From a bacterium (GTDB lineage Bacteria > UBA8248), in the NCBI GenBank assembly GCA_965261085.1, contig OZ253442.1:3392001-3456000 (forward strand): DNA of 64,000 bases, read 5' to 3'. Below the pieces are notes generated by a model. The model made no database searches. It had not been told where the DNA came from and saw only the letters and a list, made by a program, of their open reading frames with translations. The position numbers and the translations under genes are program-made. This document shows, in pieces, positions 59,956 to 64,000 of the stretch. Position 1 is the stretch's first letter, and each line of letters starts with the position of its first letter.

Positions 59956-61752
59956 ATGCAATGCGCGTACGGTCGAGACGGTGATTCCGCGTGTCAGTTC
60001 GATGATCAAGAAAATAAATCTGTGCTTGCGGACGATAAACTATGGTGTCCGTTCCATGCACCGGTTGAAGATGCGAGGGGCCTGCGAACAGTAAAAGGGA
60101 ACTGGCCAGACGATTATGTAAAGTGGTTTTATGAAAAAATATCGGAACTTCGTCATTATGCCCTTCAGGAACAAAAAACATTAGATTTGAGCGGCGTTGT
60201 TTTCCCCGTTAATGCAGATTTTGAAAGTAAGCAATTTCCTGAAGTTGACTTTTCTAATGTCCGATTCGAAGGAAGAGCCAACTTCCGAGGCAGTCGATTT
60301 TTAGGGAATGCTAATTTTCAGGATGTGGAATTCAGGGATAGGGTTCACTTCTCTCATGTCAAATTCAACGGCGGTAATGCCATATTCCAAAATGTAAAAT
60401 TCAAAGTAGGCGCGCTCTTTGAGGGCGCAGAATTTAGCAACAGCGACACTAGCTTTCAGAATGCCAAATTCAAAGGGAAGGCTACATTTCGCTTGACCAA
60501 ATTCGAAAAAAACAAAGTGGACTTCAGGGAAGCAGAATTTCTTGAAGCTGATTTTTCCGAAGCTCGATTCAATAACGAAAATATTGACTTCAAAGATACC
60601 CGATTCAATGGGCGTGCTGACTTCAGGGATACATATTTCGAAGGGAACGTTTTTTTCCAAAATGCTCGATTCATCGGTGGGGAGGCTATATTTTGGGACG
60701 CCAAATTCCAAGAGAATGCTGATTTCTCACGCACTAAATTTATAGGCGGTGATGCTTGGTTCAATAGAGCAGTATTCGATGGTCAAAATGCTGATTTTTC
60801 CCATGCGGAGTTTAGCGATGGACAAGCTGCTCAGTTTCCAGACGTCAAATTCCAAAGTTCCGTTTTTTTTGAAAATACCCGATTCAGCGACTGGGGAGCT
60901 CATTTCTTAAATACCGAGTTCAGTGGTGGATATGCTGACTTCCAGAATGCTCGATTCGAAGGAGATGCAATTTTCCTAAATGCACAATTCAGATCTGAAC
61001 GTATTCAGTTCCAAGGCTCCTGCGTCAAAGGATATGCCGACTTCACATCTCCGGGAAACAATAGTGATTTTGACGCTTTTCATGGCGAGGTTGATTTTTC
61101 AGGTGCAGAATTTTTGGATGAAGCGAACTTCAATAACCGGAAATTCAGGCAAGAAACCAGCTTTAGAAATTGCACCTTTCAGAAAGCGCCCCGTTTTCAT
61201 GACTGCCAGCTTCACCAGGAAACGGATTTCGCGGACGCCAAGTTTCTGGACACGGCCTCACACGGTTCGGCCATGGCATACCGAACGCTGAAACAGGATA
61301 TGGAGGAAAAAAGGGCGCGGCAGGAGCAGTTGAGGTTTTACGCCCTGGAGATGAAAAGCAGGCGGCAGACTGAAAAAAGTAAGTTTTTGAAGTTCATCTC
61401 CTGGCTGTATGAGGCGACATCCGATTACGGGCAGAGGATTTTTCGGCCACTGGCGTGGCTGGGGTATTTGTTCGCGCTTTTCACCTTTTTTTACGCGGCG
61501 TATTTCAAGGGACTGCTGGAACTGGATGTGGCGAAAATTCTGCCGCTGTCTCTTCAGTTCAGCATCAAGCAAATCATCCGCCCGTTCGGCGTATTCGGTT
61601 CTTCATCGGTTTCTGGGTATTTGGGGGCAATTCCATCTTCAGGCCTCTCATCCCTGCCCCTCATCATCGCAGCCACGCTTCAATCGCTCCTGAGCCTCAT
61701 TCTTCTGCTCCTGAGCGCTCTCGCCGCGCGCTGGCGCTTCAAGATCGGGTGA
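59956..61752 (+). CDS. Pentapeptide-repeat protein with C-terminal TM helices
   Basis: Many A.F..A.F repeats (ADFSRTKF, ANFQDVEF); DYG..RPL.WL TM region; lower GC. Confidence 0.88.
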   Translation: MQCAYGRDGDSACQFDDQENKSVLADDKLWCPFHAPVEDARGLRTVKGNWPDDYVKWFYEKISELRHYALQEQKTLDLSGVVFPVNADFESKQFPEVDFSNVRFEGRANFRGSRFLGNANFQDVEFRDRVHFSHVKFNGGNAIFQNVKFKVGALFEGAEFSNSDTSFQNAKFKGKATFRLTKFEKNKVDFREAEFLEADFSEARFNNENIDFKDTRFNGRADFRDTYFEGNVFFQNARFIGGEAIFWDAKFQENADFSRTKFIGGDAWFNRAVFDGQNADFSHAEFSDGQAAQFPDVKFQSSVFFENTRFSDWGAHFLNTEFSGGYADFQNARFEGDAIFLNAQFRSERIQFQGSCVKGYADFTSPGNNSDFDAFHGEVDFSGAEFLDEANFNNRKFRQETSFRNCTFQKAPRFHDCQLHQETDFADAKFLDTASHGSAMAYRTLKQDMEEKRARQEQLRFYALEMKSRRQTEKSKFLKFISWLYEATSDYGQRIFRPLAWLGYLFALFTFFYAAYFKGLLELDVAKILPLSLQFSIKQIIRPFGVFGSSSVSGYLGAIPSSGLSSLPLIIAATLQSLLSLILLLLSALAARWRFKIG

Positions 61753-61817
61753 GGAATCGTGGCCGATGCGGGACGGACCACCGCGAGGACTTTTTCCTGA
61801 AACCGGGTTGGTAGTTA

Positions 61818-62056
61818 TCACTCCCCCTGACGTGTGTTCCAAAATTACTCCCCCCTTGAGGGGGAGTCGGCAAGGCTAGGACACAGTCCGTAGCCGCGCC
61901 GGTGAGGGGAGTTTCTAATTTAGCAAGCTTCCTCTCATGGCTTTCACCCCCCACCGCATCAGCCTTCGCCAAGGCTCGGCTTCCTCGACTCCCCCTCAAG
62001 GGGGGAGTGGTTCTTCTACCTCATCGGTCGGCAATTTTGTTCAAGGGGGGAGTGAT
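61818..62056. mobile_element. MITE/REP-like palindromic element with nested inverted repeats
   Basis: Perfect 23-bp TIRs at 61847-61869 and 61986-62008; outer partial copies at 61818-61830 and 62041-62056. Confidence 0.7.
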
Positions 62057-62113
62057 TTCGAAGACTCCATTTCCGATCCTGCCCCAAACCGTTTCCCTAC
62101 TCCATCACGTTCC

Positions 62114-62617
62114 TTATTCCCTCAGTGCGGCTCTCAGATTGGACATCCTCAGCAGCAGCATGAGCGGCTCGCGATCCGAGAACCACCTAAAACCGAAACA
62201 CTCATAGAAATTTCTGGCCTCATCATCAAGCGCCTGGACGATGATGGCGCGCGCGCCGATGAGGTCGGCCGCCGCCAGGGCTCTCCGGCCTGCGTCCACG
62301 ATCAAATCGCCTCCCAGGCCCCTCCCCCGATAGTCCAAATCCACCGCGAGTTGTCCGAGGAGAATCACCGGAATCGGCTCGGGCATGCTTCTTCCAACGC
62401 GCGAGGAAACCCGCCGCCTTTCCACCGAGCCGGCCGCGAGACTATAGAACGCGACCACCCGCTCGCCCTCGCAGACGACATACGTCCGCGCGCCGCCCTT
62501 CGCCTCGTTCAAACGGCCCTTGCTTCGCAGCCAAGCGTCGAGGCTCTCTACACCGGAGTCGAACCGCGATACGTCATGATGCGCGCCGAGCGGCTCCGGC
62601 CCGGTTATCTCTCCCAC
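62114..62617 (-). CDS. GNAT acetyltransferase toxin (TacT/AtaT-like)
   Basis: HDVSRFDSGVESLDAWL, PEPIPVILLGQLAVD..RGRGLG, FY..FGF. Confidence 0.9.
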   Translation of the reverse strand: MGEITGPEPLGAHHDVSRFDSGVESLDAWLRSKGRLNEAKGGARTYVVCEGERVVAFYSLAAGSVERRRVSSRVGRSMPEPIPVILLGQLAVDLDYRGRGLGGDLIVDAGRRALAAADLIGARAIIVQALDDEARNFYECFGFRWFSDREPLMLLLRMSNLRAALRE

Positions 62618-62862
62618 AGCGGCCTGCGCTTGAGACGCTCTCTCAAGCGCTCGTCCGATTCGGCGGGCGCATCGAGCACGGCGAGAAACGCATCGTAGGC
62701 TTCATCATCGAGCGCGATGACGGGCCGTTCGTTCAGCGCCTCTATCGCCGCCGCCTCACTCGCTCTGAGCACGAACTCGGTGCGCGTTACGCCCCGAATC
62801 TCCGCGGCCCTGTCGATCAGCTCCAGCCGCTCGTCTTTTACCCTCAGATTCATCTGGCCCAT
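62605..62862 (-). CDS. DUF1778 RHH antitoxin (TacA/AtaR-like)
   Basis: NLRV....LIDRAA...G.TRTEFV..A...A; overlaps the toxin gene. Confidence 0.9.
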   Translation of the reverse strand: MGQMNLRVKDERLELIDRAAEIRGVTRTEFVLRASEAAAIEALNERPVIALDDEAYDAFLAVLDAPAESDERLRERLKRRPLWER

Positions 62863-62953
62863 TTGCCGCCTCCATCAGTTTCGGGCATGGATTCGCCCCG
62901 TCCTGAATGTATATCATTCGTATATACGATTCGGCAAGGCCGACATCGCCCTT

Positions 62954-63208
62954 GCATTGGTGGTCAGCCCGCGAAGCTATAACGAGAAGAGCAGTCTGGC
63001 GTTGCTCTGCCCCGTCACCTCCAGGGTCAAGGACTATCCTTTCGAGGTGACGCTCCCCGCTACAGGAACCGTTACGGGCGTGGTTCTCGCCGACCAGGTG
63101 AAAAGCCTCGACTGGCGCGCGCGAAAGGCGCGTCTGGCATCGCAGGCTCCGCCGCGCGTGCTGGGCGAAGTGCTGGAAAAACTGGCCGTCCTCCAGGAGC
63201 AGGACTGA
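62954..63208 (+). pseudogene. 5'-truncated MazF/PemK toxin
   Basis: ALVVSP..YN...LALLCPVTS..K.YPFEV..GVVLADQVKSLDW.AR; N-terminal segment and RP motif missing. Confidence 0.85.
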
Positions 63209-63451
63209 CGCGAACGCTCACGCGGCCCCAAGCCTCTCCTCCCCCTCCCCACGCACCACGCATTTCCCCACAAAAGAGCGTTCTTTTGGGGATGCCATTG
63301 TCCCGCTCGACGCGCGGCCTTCGCCTCGTAACCGCGCATCGCCGGGCAGAAAACCGGCTCGAGAGAAGAATCCCACATCGCGCCACCCGGGCGTTGGGAA
63401 GAGCAGAATCAACGGGGTGTAACGATAGCGGAGCGGGCGAAACCAGGCGCT

Positions 63452-64000
63452 TCAAGCGGAATGCGTCGACTGCGGGCTTAACCCTTCGATGATTTCACTC
63501 ACCCTGGCCTTGAGCCAGGATTCGTCGATCGGATCCGCTCCCGAGCGACTCTCCTCCACGGCTCTCATCGCCTCGAAGCGTACGTGCTGACGTATGGCGG
63601 CGGGGATACCCTCCGTGACCCGGTTGATCGCCACCTGCAAATCATCCGGCCAAAGCCGCTCGAACGCCTCCCGGCCGGCCCCGAACGTAAACGGAGCCGC
63701 CGGCGAGCCGTCGTCAAGCTCGGCGCAAAGCTGCCGCCGGCGCTCGCCGGTCTCCTCTTCCAGGATTCGGCCGCCTCGAATGATCACGCCGTAAACCTTC
63801 TCGGCACTCTCGGAGGCGACCAGCCCGTCCTCGACGTCCCGCAGCACCAGCACGGGGTCGCGCTCCCAGGGTGGGCCGAAGCCGCCACCGCCGGCCGACT
63901 GGACGTGGACGATTCCGCCGGCCGGAACCTCGAGCACATTTATCTTCCCTATCGGCCGCGGGTCCTCACCCGGGGATTGAAGGAAAGCCCGCCCGTTGTC
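63452..64000 (-). CDS. Hydantoinase B/oxoprolinase family protein, C-terminal part
   Basis: AGGGGFGPPWERDP..V..DV.DGLV....A...YGV; continues beyond window end. Confidence 0.85.
   Translation of the reverse strand, partial: DNGRAFLQSPGEDPRPIGKINVLEVPAGGIVHVQSAGGGGFGPPWERDPVLVLRDVEDGLVASESAEKVYGVIIRGGRILEEETGERRRQLCAELDDGSPAAPFTFGAGREAFERLWPDDLQVAINRVTEGIPAAIRQHVRFEAMRAVEESRSGADPIDESWLKARVSEIIEGLSPQSTHSA

Noticed and set aside
59956-61250. Repetitive DNA as a tandem-repeat array or DGR target
   Set aside because: Repetition is explained by pentapeptide protein repeats; no reverse transcriptase or adenine-specific TR/VR pair seen.

Overview
GC-rich bacterial chromosomal window, mostly core and metabolic genes: a BisC-like molybdoenzyme, amidases, trpFBA-leuCDB-asd-mtnP-hemL-ftsB, a Liv-type ABC transporter with two paralogous binding proteins, moaDE, recJ, dacB, a peptide ABC transporter and lpdA. 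The main accessory feature is a ~9.5 kb phage-satellite-like element (15037-24538) integrated in the 3' end of the initiator tRNA-Met. It encodes a P4-type integrase, AlpA, large terminase, HNH nuclease, HK97-like capsid protein, a tandem protease/pseudo-protease, a head-tail connector and a portal. No tail, lysis, small terminase or replication gene is recognisable, and a ~500 nt highly base-paired non-coding segment sits where a replication module would be expected. Other observations: a probable secreted UxxC peroxiredoxin-like selenoprotein split at UGA in the ORF track, a single-chain triple RidA protein, a MoaD with a C-terminal extension after GG, and a toxin-antitoxin remnant hotspot with a pentapeptide-repeat gene and a MITE-like element at the right end. 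All calls are from motif recognition by eye; no searches were run.
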